Source of the DNA: an uncultured Clostridia bacterium
GTDB lineage: Bacteria; Bacillota; Clostridia; Christensenellales; UBA1242
Direction: 5' to 3'
Length of the DNA: 64,000 nucleotides
Assembly (NCBI GenBank): GCA_937893125.1
Contig: CALBHW010000037.1
Span: forward strand, 1,533 to 65,532
Shown: positions 1 to 8,877 of the stretch, piece after piece
Layout of the letters: each line of letters opens with the position of its first letter
Position numbering within the stretch: position 1 is the first letter of the stretch
Notes under the pieces: generated by a model
What the model was told of the DNA's origin: nothing
Databases searched by the model: none
Seen by the model: the letters and a program-made list of their open reading frames with translations, nothing else
Made by a program: the position numbers and the translations under genes

Positions 1-2
1 GG

Positions 3-1538
3 ACATTTGTATATGATGGCAAGGAACATAAGGTTACGGAGTATGATGAACAGTTAAAGTTTGCTGCGATTTTTGGCTACGATGAAGGAAAAATGGAATT
101 TGATGGCGTCTACACTGATTTTGGAAGAAAGGAAGTTGGGAGTTACGCAGTTAAAATAAAGCCAAAAGAAAATTACGAGTGGAAGACGGGTGAGGATAAA
201 AATGAAGTTTTGACCTTTACCTTTGAAATTGTTAAAGCGGACTACAAATATGTCGAATATGTAACGCTTAATAGCCTTAGCCTTACTTATAATGGTCAGG
301 GTTGCAGCCTTGATTTAATTTTAAACGATACGGAAGAAACAAAGAAAGCGCTCTCGCAAAACGGGCTTAATTATGACGATGTGAAAGACGATGTCGCGGG
401 GTTACTAGAAGCTCAAGGGCTTAATGTTAAGTTTAAGTATAATGGAATTGAGAAAAACAGTGTTGTTGATGTCGGAATATACAATGTCGTCGCGGAATTC
501 TATGATGAAGAAGGATTTAAAAACTACAATGAAATAGAACCGCTTTCTTCAAAATTAGTTATCAATGCAACATCAGTTTCTTATGTGGACAGCAATCTAA
601 TTGAGAAAGCCGAACTAACGGTCGACGAAACGGGATTTATTTCACCAAATGCAGTATTACAAGTAAAAGAAATATCGACCGACGAGTTTCCTCTCGATCA
701 AAACTCAGCAAAATTTAGAAAATATGTTGCGGAAAACGAGAAAATCGCATTTTCCTATGATATAAAAATTGTGGGCGATGACGGAGCTCTTCTTGTTGGC
801 AAATCAAGACTTAAGGTCTTAATACCAGAAGTCGTCAAGGGAAAACCTTTTAAGATTTTACATGTGCATGGAAATGAGACATACTATGAATTAGAGATAG
901 TTGACTATGCCGTTGAAGGAAACTATGCGATTTTTGATCTTGTTGACTTTTCGACTTTTTCGTTTGTTTGTGAAAAGGATGCAACTCTTGCATGGTGGGC
1001 GATTTTACTTATTTGCTTCGCGGGATTAGTTGTAGTTTTATCGGCTATATATTTAATGTTGTTCTTTGCTTGGAAAAAGAAGGGTGGTACGAGAGTTAAG
1101 GCTCTTGTTCCATACTTTAAAAGAACACACAAAACGATTTATAAAATTGAATATCAAGAAAAACAAGAATTGACAAGTGGTGGCGTAAAATTGCTTGAAA
1201 TGTCACATAATAATAGCGAGACTCAAAATTCGCCAATTATTTTAGGAAATGATGACGCAGAGAACGCTCAAAAAGACATTTTAGAAGAAAAAACAGCCGA
1301 AATTGTGGAAGAAAAAGTCATGAAAAAAGCTCGAAAAAGGAGTAATAAAAAATTATCAAATGTTGCTCCAAGAAAAGTGGGGAGACCTAGAAAGAAAAAA
1401 ATTGCAAAAGAGCCTAAAAAACGCGGTCGTCCTAAAAAAGAGACTGTTCCAACTGCTCCTAAAAAACGCGGTCGTCCAAGAAAGGAAATCGTTGTAAAGG
1501 TTGCAAAAAAGCGTGGTAGGCCAAAGAAAAATGCGTAG
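3..1538 (+). CDS. Surface protein, 5'-truncated by the window edge: extracellular MBG/YGX-like repeats, one C-terminal TM helix, basic cytoplasmic tail with four AT-hook-like motifs
   Basis: Frame 3 is open from the first bases of the window (TFVYDGKEHKVTEYDEQ...), so the ATG at 93 in the ORF track is internal. YDGK...GxY...nY...F.I.KA units resemble MBG (YGX-type) adhesin repeats. The hydrophobic helix WWAILLICFAGLVVVLSAIYLMLFFAW is followed by KKKGG (positive-inside). The tail carries VGRPRKK, KKRGRPKK, KKRGRPRK and KKRGRPKK. Confidence 0.7.
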   Translation, partial: TFVYDGKEHKVTEYDEQLKFAAIFGYDEGKMEFDGVYTDFGRKEVGSYAVKIKPKENYEWKTGEDKNEVLTFTFEIVKADYKYVEYVTLNSLSLTYNGQGCSLDLILNDTEETKKALSQNGLNYDDVKDDVAGLLEAQGLNVKFKYNGIEKNSVVDVGIYNVVAEFYDEEGFKNYNEIEPLSSKLVINATSVSYVDSNLIEKAELTVDETGFISPNAVLQVKEISTDEFPLDQNSAKFRKYVAENEKIAFSYDIKIVGDDGALLVGKSRLKVLIPEVVKGKPFKILHVHGNETYYELEIVDYAVEGNYAIFDLVDFSTFSFVCEKDATLAWWAILLICFAGLVVVLSAIYLMLFFAWKKKGGTRVKALVPYFKRTHKTIYKIEYQEKQELTSGGVKLLEMSHNNSETQNSPIILGNDDAENAQKDILEEKTAEIVEEKVMKKARKRSNKKLSNVAPRKVGRPRKKKIAKEPKKRGRPKKETVPTAPKKRGRPRKEIVVKVAKKRGRPKKNA

Positions 1539-1763
1539 CCTTTGAGGCTTTGATTACAGGGCTTTTGAGCACGGATTGTTTAAAACGCGTTTTAAAAGGT
1601 TCTAGATTAAGTAAATAGTTGTTTTAGAATAAAAGAAGTATAAATTTGTCACAATCAATAAACAGAACAAGTTTAGACGGACAACAAACTTAGTATACAA
1701 CAAACGATTTTGGGAAAAAAGTATTTTAACTGCTTATTAAAAACAGAAAAAAGGAAGGGAAAA

Positions 1764-3440
1764 ATGAAAAAAACAAGCAAATTTTTGTATTTTTTAACGC
1801 TTTGTTTGGCGATTGTTTCCCTTTTTCTTTTTGCGGGCGGAACAAAAATCTCGTTTGCGGATGTGCCAGTTAGTGAGGAATTTTACGGACTTGATTATGA
1901 TACTTATGACGCGCTTTTAACGATAAAAAAGGTTGTTACAGACGACAAACTCTCAACAACTTTCGCACTGGATTTTTTTGAAAATGGATACAAAAATTAT
2001 TTACCAAGTACTGCGGAAGGGCAAGAAATGGTGGATGATTTGAATAATGGAAAATTATATTTGGTTGCAGGCGCGGGCGCAAAATATGATAGCTTGATTG
2101 TTAAATCGCCTTTAAGTTCAATTGATTGTTTGAATAATCTTAATTTTTCAAACATCTCTGAATTGTATCTTGATAATAACGATCTTTTGGAAATTACAAG
2201 CGGACAGTTAGCGAGTTTTACGAATTTAAAAGTTTTGTCGGCAAATTTTAATAAACTTAATAAAGTTGTGTTGCAAACTTCGACCTTGCAAAATTTGGAC
2301 TCAATTAGTTTAATGGGAAACAAGTTGTCGACAATTGATTTAAGTAGTTTGAAAAATGGCGCGAATGTCAATTTGTTTGATAATTATTTCGGGGAAAAAG
2401 AGGATATAAAATTACCACAAAATCTTAGTTCGCTCGACCTTAGTTTTAACAATCTTGTCGATGAAACAGAGGAAAGTTTTGATGTTGGATGCGAGCCAAT
2501 TTTGCTTGTTCAAGGACTTAAACAAAACTTAGAAGCGTTATCAAAAATTACGACTTTTAATAACAATTTGTCCTTGGTTAGTGGACTAACTACTATTGTA
2601 ACATATAGGGAAACATCAGGCGATGCTAGCAGTTTTAGTGGTGAAATTATAAGAAGTAACGCAACAAAAGCTGTTGATACAATTTTAATGCCAATAGGAA
2701 AATTGTCTATACGCTTTGCTTATTCTAACGGCGTAGGGTTACAAGATTATCATATAAGTAAACTCATATCTTACACAATAAATATTGCTCCAACTAACCC
2801 GAGCGTTTTGTGCCTTATTGAAGGCGTCACATCGACGAGTTTTGTGTCGGATAAGGATATTGAATTTAGTCAAACTATTGAATTTGATACTTCAATTCCA
2901 AACTATCAAGATGTCACTCAAAATACGACTTTGGGTATTTCAGCGATTGGAAATGGAAATTTTGCGGATAAAATTGTAATCACAAATGTCGGGAAATTTA
3001 ACCTACAATTTTACAGCGAATTTGACGGGCTGAAAAGTAGCGGAGTCACAATTTATGGCGAAAAAACGGGAAGAAATATGACCGCAATTGGCATCGTGAT
3101 TGTGGTGATTGTCGTTAGTTTAATTATTTGCTCAGTTTTTCTTGCTAGGTGGTTTTCAAATGGGGCAGTTGTCGCACCGCTTTCTGATAAGGAAATTTAT
3201 CAGGCTAACAAGCGCGCTTCGAGAAGTGGGAGAGCGAAATTTCAATATTCATACGAAAAAGAGGACAAAACAGATAGTGGCGTTTATAGGAAAAATAAGA
3301 GTCACTATTTAGAACAAGAAGATTTTGTTGATTTGGAAGAAACGGAAGAAAGTCAAGACGCCTCAACGGGTGAGACGGTTGATGACGCGGGCTTTGATAA
3401 TGACGATATAAATGGAGACGGAGAAGATTTTTATGAATAG
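1764..3440 (+). CDS. Leucine-rich-repeat surface protein with signal peptide, C-terminal TM anchor and acidic cytoplasmic tail
   Basis: The ATG at 1764 is preceded by AAGGAAGGGA (1751-1760); the TTG at 1710 has no SD. The N-terminus KKTSKFLYFLTLCLAIVSLFLFAGG is signal-peptide-like. LRR units include LYLDNNDLLEI, LKVLSANFNKLNKV, LDSISLMGNKLSTIDL and LSSLDLSFNNL. TM helix AIGIVIVVIVVSLIICSVFLA. The last 42 aa are D/E-rich. Confidence 0.8.
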   Translation: MKKTSKFLYFLTLCLAIVSLFLFAGGTKISFADVPVSEEFYGLDYDTYDALLTIKKVVTDDKLSTTFALDFFENGYKNYLPSTAEGQEMVDDLNNGKLYLVAGAGAKYDSLIVKSPLSSIDCLNNLNFSNISELYLDNNDLLEITSGQLASFTNLKVLSANFNKLNKVVLQTSTLQNLDSISLMGNKLSTIDLSSLKNGANVNLFDNYFGEKEDIKLPQNLSSLDLSFNNLVDETEESFDVGCEPILLVQGLKQNLEALSKITTFNNNLSLVSGLTTIVTYRETSGDASSFSGEIIRSNATKAVDTILMPIGKLSIRFAYSNGVGLQDYHISKLISYTINIAPTNPSVLCLIEGVTSTSFVSDKDIEFSQTIEFDTSIPNYQDVTQNTTLGISAIGNGNFADKIVITNVGKFNLQFYSEFDGLKSSGVTIYGEKTGRNMTAIGIVIVVIVVSLIICSVFLARWFSNGAVVAPLSDKEIYQANKRASRSGRAKFQYSYEKEDKTDSGVYRKNKSHYLEQEDFVDLEETEESQDASTGETVDDAGFDNDDINGDGEDFYE

Positions 3441-4224
3441 AGTTGTTGTAATAACTGGGCATTCAAGCGGGATTGGGGCGGTTGTTGCCGATTACTTTCA
3501 AAAAAAAGGCGATAAAGTTTATGGTGTTTCTCGTCACGATGGTGAAAATAAAAAAATCAATTTTGTCAAATGTGACATTACAAATTTAGAGCAAGTAAGA
3601 AGCGCTATCGCGCAAATTGTAAACGCGGAAGGACGAATTGATGTTCTTATTAACAATGCTGGAATGGGAATTTCGGGAAGTGTTGAAAATACAAATAGTG
3701 AGGATATAAAAAAGATTTTTGACGTCAATTTCTATGGCGCGGTTAATATTACGCAACAAGTTTTGCCTATTATGAGAAAACAAGGGGGCGGAAAAATCTT
3801 GTGCACGAGTTCGCTTGCAAGTTTTTTCCCTATTCCTTTTCAAAGCTTTTATAGCGCAACAAAGGCAAGTTTGGATATTTGGGCAAAGGCATTAAGACTT
3901 GAAGTTAAGCCTTTTAACATTCAAATTTGTAACTGCTTGCTTGGGGATACAAAATCGGGATTTACTTCGGCAAGACAAAAATCAATGCTTGATAAGGGCA
4001 CTGTTTATGAAAAAACTGTCACCAAATCAGTTGAAAAAATGGAACACGACGAACAAAATGGCAAAGACCCTGTGACTGTCGCAAAAAAAATGTACAAATT
4101 GTCGCAAAAACGCAAAATGCCCGCCAGTGTCATTGTTGGTGGACTTAATCGTTTGCTCGGCGGGCTAAACAAAATTTTACCTGAGCGAGTTATGCTTTAT
4201 GTGGTCGGTAAAATGTATACATAG
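3433..4224 (+). CDS. Short-chain dehydrogenase/reductase (classical SDR)
   Basis: Contains TGHSSGIGA (TGxxxGxG), NNAG and YSATKAS (YxxxK). The ATG at 3433 lies 6 nt after GGAGAAG and overlaps the upstream stop (ATGAATAG). The alternative ATG at 3412 would add 7 residues. Confidence 0.85.
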   Translation: MNRVVVITGHSSGIGAVVADYFQKKGDKVYGVSRHDGENKKINFVKCDITNLEQVRSAIAQIVNAEGRIDVLINNAGMGISGSVENTNSEDIKKIFDVNFYGAVNITQQVLPIMRKQGGGKILCTSSLASFFPIPFQSFYSATKASLDIWAKALRLEVKPFNIQICNCLLGDTKSGFTSARQKSMLDKGTVYEKTVTKSVEKMEHDEQNGKDPVTVAKKMYKLSQKRKMPASVIVGGLNRLLGGLNKILPERVMLYVVGKMYT

Positions 4225-4376
4225 TTTTTATGCACATTGTTTTTTTTAAAAAAAATAGTTTATTTGGCTTGCTTGTTAGGTGAAAAACTTTAAATGTTTT
4301 TTTATAAAGGTTAGGGCAAGACTTTAAATGTTTCTGCCTTTATAAAAATAAACGCCTAGACTTTTCTATTGACAAT

Positions 4377-4418
4377 AAAAAAGGGAACGATACTTAAAAA
4401 AGTACAGTCCCTTTTTTT
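4377..4418. terminator. Bidirectional intrinsic terminator between the SDR gene and the convergent ABC-F gene
   Basis: AAGGGAAC..GTACTT/AAGTAC..GTCCCTT imperfect hairpin, flanked by an A-run upstream and TTTTTTT downstream, so it reads as stem plus U-run on both strands. Confidence 0.5.
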
Positions 4419-4457
4419 ACCTAAAAGCGTTTAGATATAACTTTTTATCGTCTTAAC

Positions 4458-6026
4458 TTAAAGTTGCTTTAGATATTCACTATAAGTCAAATATTTGTCA
4501 AAATCTTTTGTTTTGCCGATCTTGATAATTCTATTTGCGACCGTGTCTGTAAGTTCTTGGTCGCTACTCGCAAAGAGTAAACAACCTTTGAAATTTATCA
4601 TTCCTTTGTTAAGAGCTGTGATTGATTCTAGGTCCAAGTGATTTGTTGGTTCATCAAGCAAAATGACGTTTCCGCTTTCAAGCATAATTTTTGAAAGCAT
4701 ACACCTAACTTTTTCGCCCCCGCTAAGAACGCGTGCTGGTTTAAGTGCTTCTTCGCCTGAAAAAAGCATTCTTCCGAGCCAACTGCGAAGGAATGTCGAA
4801 TCTTTTTCCTTACTAAATTGTCCGAGCCAGTCGGTTAGGCTTAGGTCTGTTTCAAACATCTTATTGTATTCTTTTGGAAGGTAAGAATATGTGATTGTTT
4901 TGCCCCAAGTGACCGTCCCTGTATAGTCTTTGTCGACACCTGCAATACAATTAAAAAGGGCGGAAATGCTGTTGACATTATCGGACAAAAAGGCGATTTT
5001 GTCGTCTTTATTTACAACAAAACTGACATTTTCAAAGAACCCTGGTTTGGATAAATTTTTTACGATTAAGACATCATTTCCGATTTGTCTTTCAAATCTA
5101 AAATCAATAAATGGATATTTTCTCGAACTTGGCTTAATATCTTCAATTGTAAGTTTTTCAAGTTCTTTTTTACGGCTTGTTGCTTGTTTGCTTTTGCTGG
5201 CGTTGGCGGAAAATCTCGCAATAAAATCTTGCAACTCTTTTGCGCGCGCTTCCGCTTTTTTGTTGGCTTCTTTTTGTTGTCTTAAAATAAGTTGGCTTGT
5301 TTCATACCAAAAGTCGTAGTTTCCGACATAAATCGAAATTTTGCCGTAGTCGACATCGCATATGTGTGTGCAAACTTTGTTTAAAAAGTGCCTATTGTGT
5401 GAAACAGTGATGACAGTGTTTTCGTAATTAAGTAAAAAGTTCTCAAGCCACGCGATTGTTTTGATATCAAGGTTGTTTGTAGGCTCGTCAAGAAGAAGAA
5501 TGTCTGGGTTGTCAAAGAGTGCTTGCGCAAGAAGGACCTTAACTTTAAGTTTGCTGTCCAAATCTTTCATTTTTGTTTGATAAAATTCGCTAGGAATACC
5601 AATATCCGCGAGTAAACTTTCGGCGTTTCCTTCCGCTTCCCAACCGCCAAGGTCGGCAAATTCGGTTTCAAGTTCGCCCGCTCTTATGCCATCTTCTTCG
5701 GTGAAATCTGTTTTTTCATAAAGCCTATCTTTTTCGTCCCAAACTTCCATAAGGCGTTTGTGCCCTAAAAGAACAGTCCTTAAAACAGTCTCTTCGTCGT
5801 AAGCGTTTTGATTTTGTTGCAAAACGGACATTCTTTCGTTTTTATCAAGGACAATTTCGCCTTTTGTTGTTTCTATTTCGCCCGAGAGCAATTTTAGAAA
5901 TGTCGATTTGCCAGCGCCGTTTGCGCCAATGACGCCGTAGCAGTTGCCTTTTGTAAATTTGAGATTTACATCGCTAAACAATTTTCTGCTCCCAAAATTG
6001 AGAGAAACATTTATAACTTGAAGCAT
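4458..6026 (-). CDS. ABC-F family ATPase (two tandem ABC domains, no TM domain), YbiT-like length
   Basis: NBD1 has Walker A GANGAGKST, Walker B LLLDEPTNNLD and H-loop VSHNRHF. A K/E/A-rich inter-domain linker follows (RQQKEANKKAEARAKELQDF). NBD2 has signature LSGGEKVR and Walker B ILLDEPTNHLD. The NBD2 Walker A, NBD2 H-loop and NBD1 signature are non-canonical (see findings). Confidence 0.85.
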   Translation of the reverse strand: MLQVINVSLNFGSRKLFSDVNLKFTKGNCYGVIGANGAGKSTFLKLLSGEIETTKGEIVLDKNERMSVLQQNQNAYDEETVLRTVLLGHKRLMEVWDEKDRLYEKTDFTEEDGIRAGELETEFADLGGWEAEGNAESLLADIGIPSEFYQTKMKDLDSKLKVKVLLAQALFDNPDILLLDEPTNNLDIKTIAWLENFLLNYENTVITVSHNRHFLNKVCTHICDVDYGKISIYVGNYDFWYETSQLILRQQKEANKKAEARAKELQDFIARFSANASKSKQATSRKKELEKLTIEDIKPSSRKYPFIDFRFERQIGNDVLIVKNLSKPGFFENVSFVVNKDDKIAFLSDNVNSISALFNCIAGVDKDYTGTVTWGKTITYSYLPKEYNKMFETDLSLTDWLGQFSKEKDSTFLRSWLGRMLFSGEEALKPARVLSGGEKVRCMLSKIMLESGNVILLDEPTNHLDLESITALNKGMINFKGCLLFASSDQELTDTVANRIIKIGKTKDFDKYLTYSEYLKQL

Positions 6027-6271
6027 AATAATATTCCTTTTTAATAGTTATTTGATTTTTGTTTTTGTAAAATAAAATTTTAGTGGTTAAGTGCTAAAAA
6101 AGTATATAAGAAATAAGTTTTTGTATATATTTGCCTAAACATATAAATATTTTTTTTAAAGTTTTTCTATTTTACTAGCACAAAAATCTTTATTTGCCTT
6201 TACATAATACATAATTAAATTCAATTAGTCAAGTAAAGGGAGACGCGGGCTAGATTTTTGCATAAAAAATT

Positions 6272-6311
6272 AAAAAAAACCTAAAATGAGTTTTTTCTCA
6301 AATTAGGTTTT
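6272..6311 (-). terminator. Intrinsic terminator downstream of the 6316-6729 ORF
   Basis: AACCTAAAATGAG / CTCAAATTAGGTT hairpin with two central mismatches. On the minus strand it is followed by a T-run (complement of the A8 at 6272-6279). Confidence 0.5.
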
Positions 6312-6315
6312 TGTT

Positions 6316-6729
6316 TTATTTTGAAAAGTCATCTCCATATTCAAAATAGGAGTAATTATCGTCTAGTTCTTCTTTTCTATCTTTATAGTGGTTTAATATA
6401 TTTGTATTTGTTGTGTCGCCTATATAATCTTTGTAATCTTCATTCCAACATTCATCCGTCAATGATTTCTCTCCTTCTTCTGGAAGGTCGAGCAACAAAT
6501 AAATATCTTCATAAGACAAATGGATGCCGTATATCTCATTTAGCCTTTTTGCGAAATTTTTAAAACGACTGTGCAAAGCAGTTTCTTCCTTATATATGTG
6601 CGAAAACTCGTCTCCTTTGTCAATAAATACATTTATTTCGTTTTTTAATTTATTTAGTTGCCTATCCATATATTCAACATTCTTTTTAACATATCGTTCT
6701 GCAACGTAAGGAACACCTTTTTTACCCAT
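6316..6729 (-). CDS. Hypothetical acidic protein (137 aa), no recognisable family
   Basis: The ORF has AAAGGA about 9 nt upstream of the ATG at 6729; the TTG at 6756 in the ORF track has no SD. It has its own terminator and I recognise no motifs. Confidence 0.45.
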   Translation of the reverse strand: MGKKGVPYVAERYVKKNVEYMDRQLNKLKNEINVFIDKGDEFSHIYKEETALHSRFKNFAKRLNEIYGIHLSYEDIYLLLDLPEEGEKSLTDECWNEDYKDYIGDTTNTNILNHYKDRKEELDDNYSYFEYGDDFSK

Positions 6730-6871
6730 AATTATAATCCTTTTTGTGATTGTCAAATCAATTTTAAAAATTTGTACTAAAAATTACGCAAATAAATTCT
6801 AGTTAAACATCATTTTTTATTACATAATGTATTTTACTCATTTTTATTTTTTTTCAAGGGCGAAATGCAAA

Positions 6872-6915
6872 AAAAAGAAAAAATTAGGCATTTTGCACTA
6901 AAAAAACCTAATTTT
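6872..6915 (-). terminator. Candidate intrinsic terminator of the ABC-exporter operon
   Basis: AAAAATTAGG (6879-6888) pairs with CCTAATTTTT (6906-6915). The loop is long (about 17 nt). A T-run follows on the minus strand. Confidence 0.35.
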
Positions 6916-6973
6916 TCTTAAAATTTTTATTTAAAAGGCTACTTTTATTGATTTTTAATTGTTTTAAAGCAAT

Positions 6974-8875
6974 TTATTCAAGTTCAAATTTTCCCGTGTA
7001 GAGTTCATAATATTTGCCTTTTTGCTCAATGAGTTGCTCGTGCGTGCCTTTTTCGATGATGCGTCCGTGATCTAGCACCATAATAACATTTGCGTTTTGG
7101 ACGGTCGAAAGTCTATGTGCGATAACAAATGTCGTTCGTTTGTGCATAAGAGCGTCCATTCCTTGTTGAACGAGTTTTTCGGTGTAAGTGTCAATACTAG
7201 AAGTCGCCTCGTCAAGAATCATAACAGGTGGATTTGCAACCGCCGCTCGTGCAATGGATAAAAGTTGTCTTTGCCCTTGTGAAAGATTTGCGCCATCGCT
7301 TTCAAGCATTGTGTCATATCCGTTTGGAAGTCGCCTTATAAAATCGTCCGCGCCCGCAAGTTTTGACGCTTCGTAAATCTCTTCGTCGGTCGCGTCAAGG
7401 TTCCCATAGCGGATGTTTTCCTTAATTGTTCCCGTAAAAAGGTTTGTGTCTTGCAAAACCATTCCGATTGAGCGTCGCAAATCGTCTTTCTTTATTTTGT
7501 TAATATTTATTCCGTCGTATCTAATTTTGCCGTCAGCAATGTCGTAAAACCTATTTAAAAGGTTAGTGATGGTCGTTTTTCCAGCGCCAGTTGCGCCAAC
7601 AAATGCAACTTTTTGTCCTGGTTTTGCGTACAAAGAGATGTCGTGAAGAACGGTTTTGTCGGTTGTGTATCCAAAGTCGACATCAAAAAGTCTAACATCA
7701 CCCTTGAGTTCTATTAGTTGCTCGCCTTCTTCTTTGCTCGCGTCTTTCCACGCCCAAAGTCCTGTTTTTTCAGCACTTTCAACAAGTGTTCCGTCTTTTT
7801 CTTTTGTTACATTTACAAGAGTAATTGTGCCTTCGTCGACTTCTGGTTTTTCGTCCATAAGGTTAAAAATTCTTTCAGCGCCCGCAACCGCTCGAATAAT
7901 TGAGTTGACTTGTTGCGAAACTTGGCTAAGTGGCATTGAGAACGACCTTCCAAGTTGCAAGAAACTTGCAATCGTACCAACGCCAATGGTCGTTAGCCCT
8001 AAAATTGTTAAGTTTGGTATTTGATAAACCATCAAAATTCCGCCAATAATTGCTAGAACAACATACTGCAAATTACTAAGGTTGCCCATAACAGGCATAA
8101 AAATGTTTGCATATTTATTTGCTTTCATCGTGTTCTCATAGAGTTCTTCGTTTATCTTATTAAAGTCACTCATAACTTGACCTTCGTGGTTGAAAACTTT
8201 AATAACTTTTTGTCCAGCGGTCATTTCTTGAATGTAACCAGTTGATTTTCCGAGCGAAGTTTGAAGTCCTGTAAAATATTTTCTACTTTTTTTGCCGAGA
8301 TTTTTTGTAATAATAAGAATGAGAAGTAAAAATGCGATAACTACAAGCGTTAGATATACGCTAAGATAAAGCATTGCACAAAAAACGGCTACGATTGTGA
8401 TGCCAGAAGAAATTAGGGTAGGGATACTGTTTGAAATCATATTTTCAAGAGAATCAATGTCGTTTGTGTAATGGCTCATTATGTCGCCGTGGGTGTTTGT
8501 ATCAAAATATTTGATTGGCAACTTTTGCATTTTTGAAAACATATCGTGTCTAACATTTCTAAGGACGCTTTCAGAAATGATGACCATTATGAAGTTATAA
8601 GTAAATGACGCTACAATTCCTATCGAAAACACGCCCGCCATAATACAAATGCTTCTTGTTAGCCCCGTAAAATCTCGTGAACCGCTTGTAAGCATTGGGG
8701 TTATAAAGTCGTCAATGATTGTCTTAATGTAAGTTGACGCGAAAACGGATGTTACAGCCGAAACTAAAATACAAAAAACAACCATGCAAAATTGGAATTT
8801 ATGACCTTTTGTGATAATTTTAAGTAAGCGTGACATGGTGGATTTTTTTGATGGGGATTTTGTTTCTTTATTCAT
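6974..8875 (-). CDS. ABC exporter subunit (fused TMD-NBD, type I exporter), catalytically canonical half of a heterodimer
   Basis: N-terminal multi-TM domain. Walker A GATGAGKTT, Walker B MILDEATSSID, H-loop VIAHRLST, but signature LSQGQRQ instead of LSGGQ. The ATG lies 2 nt after the stop of the upstream subunit, with GGGGGA upstream as SD. Confidence 0.9.
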   Translation of the reverse strand: MNKETKSPSKKSTMSRLLKIITKGHKFQFCMVVFCILVSAVTSVFASTYIKTIIDDFITPMLTSGSRDFTGLTRSICIMAGVFSIGIVASFTYNFIMVIISESVLRNVRHDMFSKMQKLPIKYFDTNTHGDIMSHYTNDIDSLENMISNSIPTLISSGITIVAVFCAMLYLSVYLTLVVIAFLLLILIITKNLGKKSRKYFTGLQTSLGKSTGYIQEMTAGQKVIKVFNHEGQVMSDFNKINEELYENTMKANKYANIFMPVMGNLSNLQYVVLAIIGGILMVYQIPNLTILGLTTIGVGTIASFLQLGRSFSMPLSQVSQQVNSIIRAVAGAERIFNLMDEKPEVDEGTITLVNVTKEKDGTLVESAEKTGLWAWKDASKEEGEQLIELKGDVRLFDVDFGYTTDKTVLHDISLYAKPGQKVAFVGATGAGKTTITNLLNRFYDIADGKIRYDGININKIKKDDLRRSIGMVLQDTNLFTGTIKENIRYGNLDATDEEIYEASKLAGADDFIRRLPNGYDTMLESDGANLSQGQRQLLSIARAAVANPPVMILDEATSSIDTYTEKLVQQGMDALMHKRTTFVIAHRLSTVQNANVIMVLDHGRIIEKGTHEQLIEQKGKYYELYTGKFELE

Positions 8876-8877
8876 TT

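Noticed and set aside
1710-1763. Alternative upstream starts offered by the ORF track: TTG 1710 for the LRR protein, ATG 3412 for the SDR, ATG 51387 for the U32 peptidase, TTG 6756 for the orphan ORF.
   Set aside because: In each case a downstream ATG has a properly spaced AGGAG-like SD and gives an N-terminus typical of the family (signal peptide, the Rossmann strand before TGxxxGxG, MELELLSPAG). The upstream starts lack SDs.
4285-4345. Direct repeat ACTTTAAATGTTT x2 and inverted repeat TATAAAGG...CCTTTATA in the SDR / ABC-F convergent spacer.
   Set aside because: The repeats are short, there is no U-run or adjacent gene start to give them a role, and the real terminator hairpin lies just downstream at 4377-4418. 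They are possibly a degenerate repeat remnant, not supportable as a feature.
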